A program made the position numbers and the translations under genes. Below are positions 20,801 through 35,698 of a stretch of DNA of 64,000 bases, piece after piece. The stretch's first letter is position 1. Each line of letters starts with the position of its first letter. The stretch comes from Schizochytrium sp. TIO01. Lineage: Eukaryota > Protista > Bigyra: Labyrinthulomycetes. The DNA lies in assembly GCA_004764695.1 (NCBI GenBank), contig SMSO01000004.1, forward strand, positions 1,798,001-1,862,000, in the 5' to 3' direction. The notes under the pieces are model-generated. The model was not told the origin of the DNA, did no database searches, and saw only the letters and a list, made by a program, of their open reading frames with translations.

Positions 20801-23488
20801 GGCTTGGCTTTGCTTTGCTTTGCTTATGCTCTATGCCTTTGCTTTCTTTCTTTCTTTTTTCGAATTCTTTTTATTCATTCATTCTTTTGTCTTTCTTTCT
20901 TTTAGTCTTCTTCCTTTTTCGTTCTCTTTTCCTTTCTTTTCCTTTTCCTTTTCACTCGAATTTCTGTTATTTATTCTTCATTGGTTTCTCTTTTCTCAGC
21001 AAAGTCGAAAGATGCTGCTCATTCAGTTTTCAGGGAAGAATAACGAGACGCAGAAGGAACGAGAGGAGAAGAGAAAGCAGCCCTAGCTCTTTGACTAGGC
21101 CATTCTAGCGGTTGAAGAGAAAACAGAAAGTGAGTGGAAAAGTCCTTTCTTCGCTCCCTCCTAGCAGTCCCTACGCGGTGACTATGTAGGAAGCTAGTCG
21201 CGATTTATCCCATCTGAAAATGAACAGAATAGAATAAAAAAAAATAAAAAATAAAAGTATAACATAAAAACTAAACATTCTCTTCTTCGTTCAAATCACA
21301 CATATTATTTCAGAACAGACCAGAGAGAAAGGAAGGAGGAAAGAAAAAAGAGAGACTTTCAAGAGTTTCGCTGTTTGAATAAAAAACATCTTAAGTAAAA
21401 ACCAAAACAAAACAAAACCAAAACAAGCAGACTAAGCGTACCTATCGAAGTAATAAAATACGCGCCTACGCCCGCCTACTGCTGCCTACTGCTGCCTAGC
21501 CGTGCTTTGCACTTTTAAACTAAACATTAATTTTAAATGAAATCTACCTACCAGACATGCGAGCAGACGAGACACCCATATTCCCTCCCTCCGCGCGCCT
21601 TCTTTTCCTCCTTCTGCAGGCTCAATTGACCTTTCTTTCGAAAGCATAATATACTGCTCGAATGGAGCGGTGGGACGGTCGATCTTCCCGTACTGTAGAG
21701 CAACAGAAAAAGCGAAAGCGATCGCATGAGCAGCGAGGACTTCATTGATTGATTGTCTGCTTTTGCAATCAATCCATCATCAGGCAACCGAAGAGGAGCT
21801 GGAAGCAGCGAAGAGCTCGAAAGGAGAAGAAGGAGAAGAAGTCTCATCAGAGTTTCGAGACGCCAATTCAGACGAGAAATGCAGAGCTCAAAACATTTCA
21901 AAATAAAATAAAAATATAAATGAATATAGATAATTCTTTCCCAAAAAAAAGAGGAGAAAATATTTTTTCAAGTTTTATAAGCAATATAGTTTTGGAAAAC
22001 TGGAGGTGAAGAAACAAGATGAGGTACTAAAATAAACCCTCGACGATTTTTAGGCTTGCGCCAAATAGAAAATTCGAATAGATTTAACACCTACTACTGC
22101 TTTGTTCACTTGTTCCTTGCTTTAAACCTCAGCCTTCTCGGAGACACCTCAACTGGGTCCTCTTGAAGTACCTATGCAAGGAGTCACTTGAAAAAGAAGG
22201 GTTCTCATGAGAAATGAGTTGTTTCAATTAAAGCTCTAAAACTATTTCTGGGTTAACTTGCGCTTTTGGCAGGGAGTAGGTGTTTAGTACTTCCTGCCTG
22301 TTTCCAGACAGCCCTTTGAGAGGGAAAGACGGCTGTTCATTCAAACTTGAGGCCTTTTAAAAGTAGAAAAGTAGAACGCGTGAACGAGTGAATGAATGAA
22401 TGAATGAATGAAAGCTGCCACGGTGTATAAAAACAGTTATTAACAAAACAGCCCGTGTTCTAAATCAAAGCAAGTGGAGTTTGCATGCTATTAATAACAA
22501 GCATAACTTCCCACCTCCTACTGTTAATCTATTTTTATTGATTTTATTTTTCTTCTCGAATTAAAAACAACTTTTAGGACCAAGATGGAAGGCCTCGGAA
22601 GGAGGGAAGGAAGTGGAATGAAAGAGATGTTTCCTCCGCCTTCCTCTCGTTTCTTCAATCTACGAACTAAACTGCCATCAAAGGGAGAGCTTGAGCTTAC
22701 CGCCACTAAATAGGAGTTAGTCAGTTAAGTAGCGCCAGATAGATAGATAGACAAAGAAACAAACAGATACGTAGTGTTTGTAGTAGTAGGTAGGTGCCAT
22801 GTCTACTCCCTTCTTCCAGTTGAATAACGAGATACTTTGTGACATCTTAGAGTTTTCGATAGTGATCCGCGTGCGATTTTTTAGCTGCATTCTTCTAATT
22901 AAAGAGTTTGATTTTGTTAATTATTCTTTAACATCTGTTTTTAATTTCAATTTAAATGTAGTCAAGAGAGAAACTCAACTGAGGTTGCTTAAAGTATGTA
23001 TGCAGATGGAGAAAGAAAGTGAAGAAGTGGTGCACCTTGAAGGGAAAGAGACTGCTCGTACTCTTTAGGTACCTTTAGAGCTCAGAGTATTGTTCTTTCA
23101 CGCCACTTCGTGCGCGTTCTCGCCTTTTCTGCTTCGCCCTACTCTATTGCAGTTTGGTTGATTCGATTCGGCTTTCTGCGTACCTGCGTGGGTCCCTCTC
23201 GCTTGAGAACGAGAGACAGAATTTGATTTTAAAATTGTTTTTACACAATAAAGCGAGATGTGTGTGGTTTCTTTCTCATCTTCTCACTTTGTATCTACTA
23301 TGTTGAAGGAAAGTTAAAGGAAAGGCAGCTGTAACTACGAGTTGAACTTTCAACACCGTGACTAAGCTTATTAGGTAACCTATAGTGTCAAAAGGGAAGT
23401 GATGCTTCTCACTAAAGAATCTCAGGAAGGAGGGCTTAGAGCTTTCTTTCTTGGGGTTTTGGTTTATGATGGTTTGAACACGAAAAAG

Positions 23489-23537
<49 letters not shown>

Positions 23538-23654
23538 ATCTTTCTCAAGATTGTTCGATAATTCAGAGGGGACTTTTAGACAAAAATGACGTAGATAAGC
23601 GCTTTCATTCAGAGGCTTTGGATTACTCACTCACTCACTCACTCACTCACTCAC
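23489..23654. repeat. (GATT)n and (ACTC)n microsatellites
   Basis: GATT run at ~23489-23539; ACTC run at ~23626-23654. Confidence 0.9.
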
Positions 23655-24760
23655 TTGTTGTTTTTATTGTCCGCTGCCGCTGTCGATCTCGTTGTCGATG
23701 ATGTTGTTGTTGCTGCTGCTGCTGCTGCTGTTTATGATTGCATGCATGTTCGTACGCCACGCGATGAAGATTTACCGCAAGAATCCAGAGCAGTGCATTT
23801 GCAACGCATGTTTTGGAGAATTCGCAAGAACCCAGGCTGCCCAAGAGCTATTCAACATCCGCAGACAGAAGAGATTCTGGTTCTTCGGCGGATTCGACCT
23901 TATTCTTCTTCAGAGATTGAGTTCTTCAATTGGCGAAACTCACTCAGCTTAGGTATCACGATACCATGTATGTTGAGTTGAGAATGAAGCCTCGAAAGAG
24001 CAAATATGATAACTGACCATCGCTCGAACAATCGTTCAAAAGAACCCTTGGGACAGGCGGCGCCCTTCCCCATCTTCAGATTAGTAGGTAAGTGCTATTG
24101 CTAAAAAGAAATCAGAATGATCGACAAAGCAGACGAGGTAGCCTCTATGTTGTTTGTAGAAAAGAAAAGCAAAAGAATTTTATTAAAGAAAAAAAAGGAA
24201 AGAAAGAAAGAAGGAAAGAAAGAAAGTAAGTGACCCATGCCGTGACTGCTAATCAGCACTCCAGATTCATGCATCGATACATACTACATTGTGGATAACG
24301 TCTATCACATTTGGGTATGTCTACATATAATTGAAAACTAAACAATTATCTCCAAAGGAAAAAGCATCATCTCTCCGTGGGTACCAAACTTAATTAAAGC
24401 GAGAGCGAGGAAAGGAAAAGGATGGCGCAGTCTTTGATTATATATTTCAAATTTTCATGCCTCATTTAGATTTTTTAAATATTTTGTTTTTCCGATTGGT
24501 CTTGAAAAGAAGAAGACCTCTGAAAATTGATTGATTTCGATTGAAGTAGCGATCGATCGATCGATCGATGCTTTACTCCTCCATTCCATCACCAGTCCTG
24601 GATTGATTACCAGTCATTCAGTCCTCCTGCCATGGCTGAGCCGGGGATACAGGCCATCAGACAGCCAGCACATGTTGCCGAAGCCGCACTCGAGAGACGC
24701 AGTGCAAGCCAGGCAGGCCAGAGAGCAGCACTGCGCAGGCAGGGCCGAACGAAGGAGGCT

Positions 24761-24980
24761 CATTCATTCCTTCATTTATCATTCATTTATTTATTCATTC
24801 CTTCCTTCCTTCCTTCCTTCCTTCATTCATTCATTCATTCATTTATTTATTTATTTATTCATTCATTCATTCATTTATTTACATTCATTCATTCATTCAT
24901 TCATTCATTCCTTCTTTCATTCATTCATTCATTTATTTATTTATTCATTCATTCATTCATTCATTCATTCATTCATTCAT
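24761..24980. repeat. Compound (TTCA/TTTA/TTCC)n microsatellite
   Basis: Direct reading. It generates the spurious FIHS/FLPS ORFs. Confidence 0.9.
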
Positions 24981-25922
24981 CAATTATGACGAAATAAGAA
25001 GAAGGGAAAGGGAAGAAGGGAGTAAAAAATCAAACAAAAAACAAAACGTTTTCATGTATCTGTCTGCTGCTGAGCTATTGATTACGAATAGTTAAACAGC
25101 GAAAGAGGAAAGAGATCAACTGAATGAACAGGTAGACAAGCTGCCTACAGGCATTCTCGACAATTTGATTAATTATCTGATAAGGTAGGTGGTCCCAGAA
25201 GCAATTAGCTGCGTTTTCAGAGATTTGGTTCAATTAAAATACCGAGGAGCGAATAAATAAATACGTCCATTCCTAAAATGCGCTTGCGCTCCTTTTACAA
25301 TCAAAAAGTAGGTCCTTCTACCTATTTCATCTATCTATCCCTACCTACCCACAATTAATACTACCGTACAAGAGCACAAAGAAAGAACAGGCAGGCTTCG
25401 TGGTCTCCGCATTGCCATTCCCGTTCTTCACGTGCGTGATCTTCAAAGACGCTCCTTACCTGCCCCACATCGGCCGCCACGCGTGCATACCTGTTTGCCT
25501 CTGCGCCGCTCCAGCGCTCCGCCCCCGAGTCGTCTCCTTCGGGGTTGGTTTCCATCCCTCCAGTTTCGAGTTCTCAAAATTGACCCCCAAATCGAGACCA
25601 TCGTCGTTCATCCCCCCAACTGCTGCAGTTCTTAGCCCCTCCTAGACACCTAGCTAGCTAGCTAGCTAGCTCTTCGTTCTTTCTCTTTCTTTGTCTTACG
25701 AGCAAAAGAACGAGAGAAAGAACGATAGAACGAAACAAGCCAGCTTGCTGGCTACTTGCTATAAGCAGGTGCCGGCATTCGGCGATCGGCGCAAGCTCGC
25801 GCTGTCCTAGATCCGGGCCGTCATCCGCGTGCAGCGCCGAAGCTTTGAACGACGAGGAGGTGGAATTTAACTTATTCGGCAGTGCCGCCCTAAAAATTGG
25901 AGGCCGCCGGGATCAATGCAAG

Positions 25923-25954
<32 letters not shown>

Positions 25955-27431
25955 ACAGCAAGCGATTGGCGTCTGCAGCGCATATTTGCCGTTCTCTCCG
26001 CTCACGGTGAGAGAGAGAGAACGCGCGTCCCTGCTAGAGGCGGCCTATGTGGGTCCTACTACATGTGGGCTCTTCAGCAGCAAAAGTGAAACGTTTTCAA
26101 CGACGAGGTTGCATTCGGTACTATTGTTGTCCGTAGAAGTTAGTTAGTGGTTAAGAGAATAAGAAACAATAGTGTTGTTGTTCTTTATTCTATTTTTATA
26201 AAACTAATGATCAGAATAAAAGGGGAATAAAAGGAGACAAAACTGGTTACAACTTTTTAATTCAAAAATTAAACGCATCATATATGCCTTATGGAATGGA
26301 AGCCATCGCAGAAAAGGGTTCTTCAATTTGATCGATTGGCGTCGTATCGCTGTAGTTGCTAGTTGCTGACAACCATATGAGTGGGCCTTGTACGGTCCAT
26401 GCCACGGCTGCATGGGTTTTTGCGCTTGTTATCTCAGACCGCTAGGCTTTCCTCGAGCATCCCGGAGGTCTCCTGGTGCAACGACCATGTGTCTGTCATC
26501 CATCATCTTTCAAGATTCTTCCTCTTCGCCCTTTCACAATTATCGTGACCATAGCTAAGCACTACTATACTACTATTACTACTATCAGCAGTAGTTTTAT
26601 CTAATCGAGGTGTGCACTAGCCTTCTAATACGATGGCATTCATACGTTCATGAATTCATTCATGAATGGAGTTCTAGTCCGCGTATTAATTGCGAAGAGA
26701 CCAGAGCCTCGGCGTTCATGTCTTGGGGCTGCGTTGGCCTGAGGAATCCGCGCTCAGGTGACTCAGACCCGCTTCTCGAGGCTGCCGTATTGGCCACGCA
26801 TATGAGCAAGACAACGAACAGGTGCATGCGCAAATAGCGGCCTCGTGCCTCATCGACGTTACGGCAGCCGCACGTGCGGCTCCCAGCTATTAGAATACAT
26901 AGGTAGCAGTAGCAGGTGTTAGCAGATTGTCTTTTCATAGCAGCCGTACTAGCTAGGTATCTAGCACTGGCTAGTATCTCGACTAGAGAAGTAAAGAGCT
27001 TTGGCAAATGCAAAAATCGGCGAGGTTGAACAGATGAGCATAGTTAGAAAAGGCTCGTCTTCATTTGTGCCATATTCTAGACCGCGTCGACTGCTGCTCT
27101 AGCTGTTTAAGACTGAGTGGCAGCCAAAACTTAGAGGATGGCTCTTGTCAGAAACCTTAGTATTTTCCTCCGAATGGCGTTTTGAAGCACCGCATTTGAG
27201 GAAAGAGAGAACGGAAAACGGCCTTTTTTCTTAGAATAAAACAATAAAATAATAAGTTAATAAAATAATAAATTAATAAAATAAAAAAAGCGACAGGTCT
27301 GTCGGCACCTCTATAACTTGTTGGAGCCTTTGTTGCAAAACCTCTCGTGCTTGTCACTAGAAGTCTGCTACTCAAATTTGTAGTATAGAGTAGGTAGGTA
27401 GGTAGGTAGGTACCTAAAGCTGCTCTGAGGG

Positions 27432-27553
27432 ATTGAATTGAATTGAATTGAATTGCGTTGAATTGAATTGAATTGCGTTGAATTGAGTTGAGTTGAGTTG
27501 AGTTGAGTTGAATTAAATTGAGTTGAATTAATTGAGTTGAATTGAGTTGGAAT
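27432..27553. repeat. (GAATT/GAGTT)n pentanucleotide repeat
   Basis: Direct reading. Confidence 0.9.
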
Positions 27554-28167
27554 TCGCCGCCCAGAGCAGGTTGGAGCGAGGAATGAGTTCAGGCGCTGCC
27601 TCACTCATTTCATTGTTTCTCCTCGCCATCTAGGCCTCTTCCCGACTGAATTCAGGACAATCAGCCACTGCAACACTGGTGGCTAGAAAGCAAGTAAGCA
27701 AGTAAGCAAGTTAGTCGCTCGTGGCCTCGGCTGAGGCAGCTGTCTCCACCACAGCCGCAGCCCTCGCTAGGAATTCAATCCAACATTTTCACTCCACCCC
27801 TCGATTTCTTTCCATCCTGATATATCTCGTGAACATCGCATCGCAAGGAAGGTATCTTCTGCTCGTGGAGTACGGCGAGCACGTGCATTAGTACCTCTTC
27901 TCGTAAGCTGCGCTGATCTCAAGCGGTGACTGATTGATTCCTAAGAATGCCGCTGCTACGAACTTGAACTCGCCTCGGATTCAACCCGCTCATGCTTCAA
28001 GTTCCTTCTTATTAGCTCACTTCGCGCTGTTCATGGTCCTTCTTCGGTCCTCCTGTACCTGCGTACCTCGCTTATCTGTGGTTATCTTCACTTGCGGAGC
28101 TCTTTCTCGCTTCGGAGCGCGTACAACGGCATGGCCAAGATCATCCATACATCCATCCGTTCATGCA

Positions 28168-28372
28168 TTCGTAGAATTCATAGAATTCATAGAATTCATT
28201 CTATATACATTTCATAGAATTTATGCAATTTATACAATTCGTACAATGCAATTCATACAATTCATACTATTCATAGAATTTATGCAATTCGTACAATTCG
28301 TACAATTTATACAATCCATACAGTTCTTACAATTCATACGATTCGTACAATTCGATTCGTACAATTCATACA
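28168..28372. repeat. Degenerate 9-bp minisatellite, consensus ~TTCRTACAA
   Basis: Units ttcgtagaa, ttcatagaa, tttatgcaa, ttcgtacaa, ttcatacaa; about 20 units. Confidence 0.85.
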
Positions 28373-28909
28373 TCCATCCATACATACATCCATCCATCCA
28401 TACATTCACATGCATACACAGACAGTTCGAAGCCGGTCTAGCGATGCACCTGCGAGCTTGAAGCAGCAGCGCGAGCCGGTTTAAAGACAGGAAGCCGCAG
28501 CCTTGGCTGAAGGAGGTCGTGCACTTCCTCCCGGTACGCGTAGCAAGCTAGCTAGCTGGCCACCTGGGCCAGGGCAGCTGCGTCTGCTGGCGTCTGCTGG
28601 CGGCCTTCCCGACGGCATTCTCGCCGCCCCGCCAGAGGCAACGAAGTGGTTGCTTCGTTTCGGCGGAGCGGGAATGAGTGAACTTGAATGTTGCTGTTTT
28701 CGGTGTTGTAATGGGATGGATGTATTTAATTTAATTATGATCATAATTATAGTTTTAATTTTAATTTTAAAAGGAAGAGAAAAAGGAAGGAACGAAGCGT
28801 CAGTCAGTGAATAAATAAGGACTTCCTCTACCTGTAGAGGAAGTAGGCTTCTCTCTTTCTCTCCCTGCATTCGCTGGATTAGAAGAGTATGAAAATAATA
28901 CTTTTGATT

Positions 28910-29032
<123 letters not shown>

Positions 29033-32000
29033 AGAAGCCACCTGCCGTTCCGTGGTTAATATAGCAACAACAACAACAACAACAACCACAACGCAGCTTT
29101 CTACGAAAAACGGGTCTTCTTCTGCGATGATGCCGTTAGTGACACAGAGAGAGGCCTTGAACCAGCGGGGCTAGTTATATATTGAAATACATACAGCACC
29201 AAACAGCGAATCAGGTGAAAGGAGGAAACCCTCGATGTCTGCTGCTGCTGCTGCTGCTGCTGCTGCATTGGAATAGGGTCTGATAGCAGAAAGCCTTCGC
29301 GCGTGCCTTGCTTGTTTGCTCTGACTACTGTGTTGGGGAACACTCTGTCAAACTGAAAAGCTTACAAAACCCAGTCAGGTCTCAGTCAATTCGCTCTCTT
29401 TAGTTGTATTCTTCTTCTTCTAAACTAGGTCTTATTTTCAAACAGAGACGTACTATATTTAGTTTGACCTGGACTGGTCTTCCTTCTTCTTCAAACGTGA
29501 TTCATTATAAGACAAAAAGTGACCTCTTTAGTATTGCACCTGTCACTTTTAATTCTTTAAGTAAGAAACCAACTTAAAAAATGTGAACGAGAATGTTACA
29601 ATGTATATTAATCTATTACATAAAAATAATAAAATAAAATAATAAAATAAAATGAAAAATGAAAAAAAAGGATGAAAAGTGAAATGAGAGAGCTTCTCAT
29701 AATGAGGAGGATGGCGCTTTTATTAGTCAGTTCATTCAAAACAAAACCTTTTTTTTCTCCTTTTTCTTTAGTTTTAACTTAACAGTCGGGAAAGAATGAG
29801 AAACTTGGGGGAATAATGTGACACCACATCTACCAGCTGTGAGAACGATGGATCGATCGATTACTAATGGGTAAAGAAACAAGCAATGAAACAAAGAAAC
29901 AAAGAAACAAAGAAATAAACAAAGAAATAATTAAATAACTAAAGAAATAAATGCATCGATGATCCCGCGGAAGTTGGAGAATTCAAATCGTTCAAGTTCG
30001 CGCACAGGCTCTGTCTCGTGGAAATTGCAATCAAACAATCAATCCATCCATCAATCAACCAATCCATGAATCCATCAACACTTCGGCGGGCGCGCTTGAA
30101 GGCAAGCAGGCAGGCAGGCAGAGCAAGCTCGAATGCGGGCCTGAGAACGCCTCAATTTCAAGTGCCAGGCTGAATCGAACAAGTCCATCCAATCCAATCC
30201 GTCAGCCATTCTTTCAAGAGCCTCGACCAGAGCGCTGCCAGCAAGTGCCAGGCCAGACAGAACCGGCACGGCCACGGCCACGGCCACGCAGCACATGTAA
30301 AATGTAAATGTTCATGGTTCTTGACGGCCATACGCACGCACGCACGTACTTGGCAGAGGGCAGAAAGCTGGGACTTTTGGAGAAGAGCGAGCAGCGCTGA
30401 CAGCAGAAAGCGCACCTCTCTTGCTAGCGCGCGGCATCGACGATGGCGGCATTGACGATGGCGTTCTTAGTCGATGGCGTCTAAGACGGACCTAAGAGCC
30501 AATGCCGATTGAGATGATGAGGCGCCGGCGGTCCGTTTACTTTACACATTCATTGCCTCTGCCGTCAGTTTACAGTGCGTTGTTTTGCCGGTACAGCAGG
30601 CATTCATTCAGCTTCCGCTGCTCGCCTGCTTGCTTTGCTGCGCGGGTCCTTTCGGGGTTGGCTCATGGACGGTATCGGCTTGGAGACCTCGTTGCCTGAG
30701 TTCTTGGACACGCAAGCCCGGCTTGCTTGCTGTTCGCCATGGTGCAAAAGCAGAGCAGGTTGGCGACCTCTGACGAAGAACAAGGCCCATGTCACCGCCA
30801 CCGTCTCTGTCTCTGTCTCTATCTGTGTGTGCGCGTGTGTGTGCGCCACTCAGCGGTTAGATCTCGTCTAACGACTCCATTTTAGTTTCACGGCCTACTC
30901 AGCTAGCTGCTTCTTGGGCAAAGCGTAGACTAGCACTTAGAGCGGGATGGCGCACGTGCGTTTTTGTTAACCCTCTAGCTAGCTAGAGGCGCGAGTCTCC
31001 ATTATGAATCGCCGTCATGATGTACATCAGAATACAGCTCCTTCTTCAATCTAATAGGCGACTTGAGACTTTCTGAAGAGACCTCTATCGACTGCGCTAT
31101 GGATTCATGCATTCATGCATTCATTCATGGATTCATGCATGCATTCATTTATTTATTTATTCATTCATTCATTCATTCATTCAATGAATCAATCGTCGAT
31201 TTAGTCACTCCTTGATGCTCATTGGAGCGCGCACTCAAAACTGAGTTTCGAAGAGAAAGCCACTTCCCCAAGCATTCAGAGCTCTCTCTAACTACTTAAT
31301 GCCGACGACTGACTGACTGACTGACTGACTGACTGTCTGTCATGTCCGGGAGGATGGGGCGTTGGACATATCATCCAGCATGCTGCTGCTGCTGCTGCTG
31401 CTGCTCTTCTCAGCTGTGACCTCGGAGACGCCTGCAGCCTATCTATCGCAGTTCCAACCGGTGGAACTGATCAGCTCTCCACTCTCGAGTCCTCTAACCA
31501 TTGCCCTCCCTTCTTCTGCTACCTCGACCATCGTCATGGAGCGCTTCTTAGCAGGCAGCAAACAAACTGTCCTCCTTCGCGTTCTCAACGTCTTTAGTCC
31601 TCTGTGGGAGGAAGGTACACACCCCTCATCCTTCCCGTGGTAATTAGTAATCGAGGCACAAGAGGCACAAGAGGCAGCAGCAGCAGGAACAGCAGTAGCA
31701 GGCGAAGAGGCGATCTCTGCGTTTCTGATTTCGTTTCTCAGCGAGGGGCTGTTCTTGCGGTCTGGAAGGTACTCGCAGGCGAAAGTGAAACGTAGGAATG
31801 ACGCCCTCGGAGAGTCCTAGCCTGGATGTGCTCCCGCTCCGACTGACAGTCAGAGTTTGTCGCAAGCTCGCGAGAAGATGTGAATACCACCTATAGTGCA
31901 TATGAATTTTGTATTTTGTTCAACATTTATATACATATATGCATGTTTAATAAATTTATTTAAAATGTGTTTTTAATTTAACATTTGTTAATACTTTTCA

Positions 32001-32354
32001 TTAATTTAAACAAAAATAAATAAATAAAATAAAATAAATAAATAATTAAATATACGTGTGTGCATAAATAATATCACGAAGAAGAGAGAGGGCGATGAGG
32101 AAGCAAAAAGGAATTAGTTCGCACTCGTAGCCTACTTTGTGGAGCTCCTTTCTGTAACGCTGCGCAGGCCCACCTCTGGGGCCAGCTCGCTCATGAGGAG
32201 TTTGGGTTTCTGGGCAGCCACGGAGAGGTGCAAAAGGACGCTCGCTGGCTGGGAGACCACTCCGAACGGATACGGACAACTTACCGCCCACCCGCGCGGG
32301 CACTGTCTGGCCCTGTGCTCCTCCTCCTCCTCCCGGTGGATGTGTAATTCATTT

Positions 32355-32453
32355 GATCATTCATTCCTTTGTTCATATTGATTGATTGATTGATTGATTG
32401 ATTCATTCATTCATTCATTCATTACTTCGTTCATTCATTCGATCATTCGATCA

Positions 32454-32485
<32 letters not shown>

Positions 32486-32535
32486 CATTCATTCATTCAT
32501 TCATTACTTCGTTCATTCATTCGATCATTCGATCA

Positions 32536-32591
<56 letters not shown>

Positions 32592-32665
32592 CATTCGTTC
32601 ATTCGTTCATTCGTTCATTCATTCGATCATTCATTCCTTTGTTCATATCGATTGATTGATTGATT
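32355..32665. repeat. Higher-order repeat of (GATT)n-(CATT)n blocks, ~80-bp unit
   Basis: The unit tcatattg(attg)n(attc)nattacttcgttcattcattcgatcattcga is repeated. gatcattcattcctttgttcatat occurs at both ends (~32355 and ~32625). Confidence 0.85.
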
Positions 32666-33443
32666 GGTTCATTCGTTCATTCTTCTGGCAATGTCTCGAT
32701 TGGCCTTTGATGCAACCAACTGTAAAATGTGCCATGATTTCGAGATCGAGCAGCGTAGATTTGACGCTCGGAGTGACCTCTCGACCTGGGGATGATGAGG
32801 ACCTCCAAGCGGCGGGAAGAGCAGCCGCTCCACAAGCGCTGAGCAGGCTCGTCCAGGAGACAGACCCATGCCGGCGCTCAGACATCGGCGCGGCTCCAAG
32901 ATAGATAGATCCCTGTGAGGCTCGAATTTGCGCCTGCCTCCCGTTCCTCTTGTTGCCTTGCCTGAGGTCGATCGCCCTCCACCTGCTGCCGCGCAGCTTT
33001 GGCGAGGCATTCTGACTCCTCCCTCTCGCAAGCTTTTGCCGCTGCCCGGGACCGGCGTGCAGAGCGTGGATGGAGCGAGCGAGCGAGCAGGCAGGCAGGC
33101 AGCTGGCCGCCCAGGCATACCGTTATGGGTTGAGCTGGGCGCCTGAGTTTGAAGATCCTGTGCATTTGAAACTCTGATTTGAACCAACTCGTGGATCTTG
33201 GCGAAGGCATTTCCAACGATTCGCCGTTTGCGGTGCCGCTCTTGGAGATCGTGCGCAACAGGCCGCATAACTCAGAAGAAACCAACCGCCAAGCGCATCC
33301 CTGTTTGCGCTGTAGCATAAGCTAGGTACCTGCCCACGCAGCTGCTCAAATCGACTTCGGGAGCGGCGGCGAACTCCTTGGTTTTCCTGGACGCTCGAGC
33401 GACACCTCTCCATGAGCGCCCAGAAATTCAGAAGCTAAGCTAA

Positions 33444-33511
33444 GCAGAGCAGAGCAGAGCAGAGCAGAGCAGAGCAGAGCAGAGCAGAGCAGAGCAGAGC
33501 AGAGCAGAGCA
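33444..33511. repeat. (GCAGA)~13 pentanucleotide repeat
   Basis: Direct reading. Confidence 0.95.
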
Positions 33512-35353
33512 CTCAGTCACTACGGCGGCGCTCGTCTCCATCATTTCCGTTTCGGTTTAGATTCAACTCTCGTAGATGTAGATGACAGACAAACTCACTC
33601 TCACTCACTCATGTAAAGAATGGATGAAACTTCAAAATTCAAATTCAATCTCATTATGGGTACTAATTATCCGTACCTAGTAGGCACAGAAGCAGCTGCT
33701 TAGGCAGAGAACGGCGAGAGAACGCCTACTAGGTTTGGCTAAGCCCCGCTAGTAGCAACCTCCAGCTAGCTGCACTACGAACATTCGAAATGGTTAAATG
33801 AGGCCTCCTCTTCTTTCATCAGACATGTATGGATCACGAAAATCCAGCTTTGAACTTGCGTCATTCACTTCTATCGCAACTTTGGCGAGGCGTGGAGGTA
33901 ATTGCTTGTTGAAGTGGGCTGAAGGAAATAAATTCGTTTTCTACATCGACGAATGGTGCTGAATGCAGAAGTTGAGGCTGGACCACCAGTCGCGTTTTCA
34001 GCGTCAACGGGTGTGCTCCTTGGCTCAGGTTGGCGGCACAGATGGCAAAAATGGTCACGGGTTTGCTTCTTCACGACCCACCGTTCGTTCGCTCGCCAGC
34101 CTCTGTAACTTGAAACACAGAATAGCAAAACGCAACGACTCGCGAAAACAAATACGCTACGATCGTGCGGGTAGGCACAGCCAATTTTATACCAAGCAGG
34201 AATGACAGATTGATTGATTGTCCACAGCCGATACAGCATACTTTCGATTTGGAGACGATTCCAGGCTCTCTGTCTTGTGACGCCCGGCAGCGCCAGAACC
34301 AAGAAAAGGATGTTAATTTTACACCTCGCTCCAGGCCAATACATGCAGCCTCGCAAAATTCTGCGCCTGCCTTGATGACATGAGTTTCAAGATTCCGCAT
34401 CTTGAACTTGTGCACGCTGTTGCTTAGTACTACAGGTGCGACCATCAATCTATCTTCGTTCATGTGTGTGCGCTCTTGCTGGCAACAGACATAAAGTAGT
34501 TGTTTGCTTTTAGGAATTCTTTAAAATCTGCGCACATGCAGGGGTCATGTTTATGCAACAGCTTGGCGTCAGCGAGCTTCCACTACCCACCCTTGACCTG
34601 CACGGGCGCGAGATTCCTTGTAAGCTGCAGAGAGCCCTAGATAGCTAGCTAGCTACACCGCGTGCCTGAAAACCCGCCAAGCTTGGAAACGGTCTGCCTC
34701 TAAGTTGTTTGTCAAACGATGCATGCAACATCCATCAGTCAGTATTCCTCCGTTGGGCGCCACTTGCTGACCAAACCAAATCAGCCTGCCTGCCTGCCTG
34801 CCTTCTTAGCCTCGGCAAGCATCGGTCGGCTCTGCCGCTTCGGCCCCTCCATCTCCAGCAGAGCACGCGTCAATCTTGTCCTCCTTTGAGCGAAAGAACT
34901 CCGGACTTCAAGATGGTCAAATGAACCGCCTACGACGCTTCTTCGAGGCGTGAGGCATGTGACGGGAGCTGTGCAGAAGATACCTCTAGAGCTAGCTGGC
35001 TGGCTGGCCACCTAGCAGACAAGAAAGCAGCAGCAAGCAAGGCTCGGGAAGAGGAGGAGGAGGAGGAGGAGGAAGAAGCGAAGTGAGCGCACAGCAGGGT
35101 TGGAGCAGCGCTAGCTAACTCGGCTATGGCTGAGGTTTTCTTTCTTCGGCTGAACCGCAGAAGCAGAAGCTTTTAACGTCACGGTGTCTGCTGCTGGAAA
35201 CAGACAGCAGAAGAATTGCTACTGCGAAGCAGTAGGTAGCAGCACCACCTCCCTTGGTGTTCCTGCAGTGTATTTTATTATGTAGACAACGCTTCTTTGA
35301 ACGAAAGTATAGAGAGCAAATGGTTCATTTGTTTTTATAAAAATAAATTTAAG

Positions 35354-35698
35354 ATATATCATATTCGAAGTAAATTTAAATACACATTTTAGTAAATTTA
35401 GAAAATTAATTATACATCCAACTTGCGAAGAATGATCGAGGAGGTCGCTCTCGGCGTGGGTCTTTGCATCAAAATAGAAATAGACAGCTAGCTCAGACAA
35501 ACAAGCAAGTGCAAGTCGTCGTCCTTCAAGAGCGGCCAAGAGAGCTAGCTGTTTACTTGTCTACGTGTGAGCGTGGCCCATCATCGTTCAAGTTGGTGGT
35601 TTGCATCTCCTCAGCAGAAAGAAAGAGCCTGAAGTACTTAGGTACGCATATATCATATTCGAAGAAAAAAATTAAATACACATTTTAGTAAATTAGAA
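35354..35698. repeat. Pair of ~50-bp AT-rich direct repeats bracketing a ~240-bp GC-richer segment
   Basis: atatatcatattcgaagtaaatttaaatacacattttagtaaatttagaa (35354) and atatatcatattcgaagaaaaaaattaaatacacattttagtaaattagaa (35648). Confidence 0.85.

Noticed and set aside
32355-32665. CRISPR-like array (also considered 13033-13150, 45032-45125 and 45850-46455)
   Set aside because: No unique spacers, low-complexity tandem units, eukaryotic context and no cas genes.
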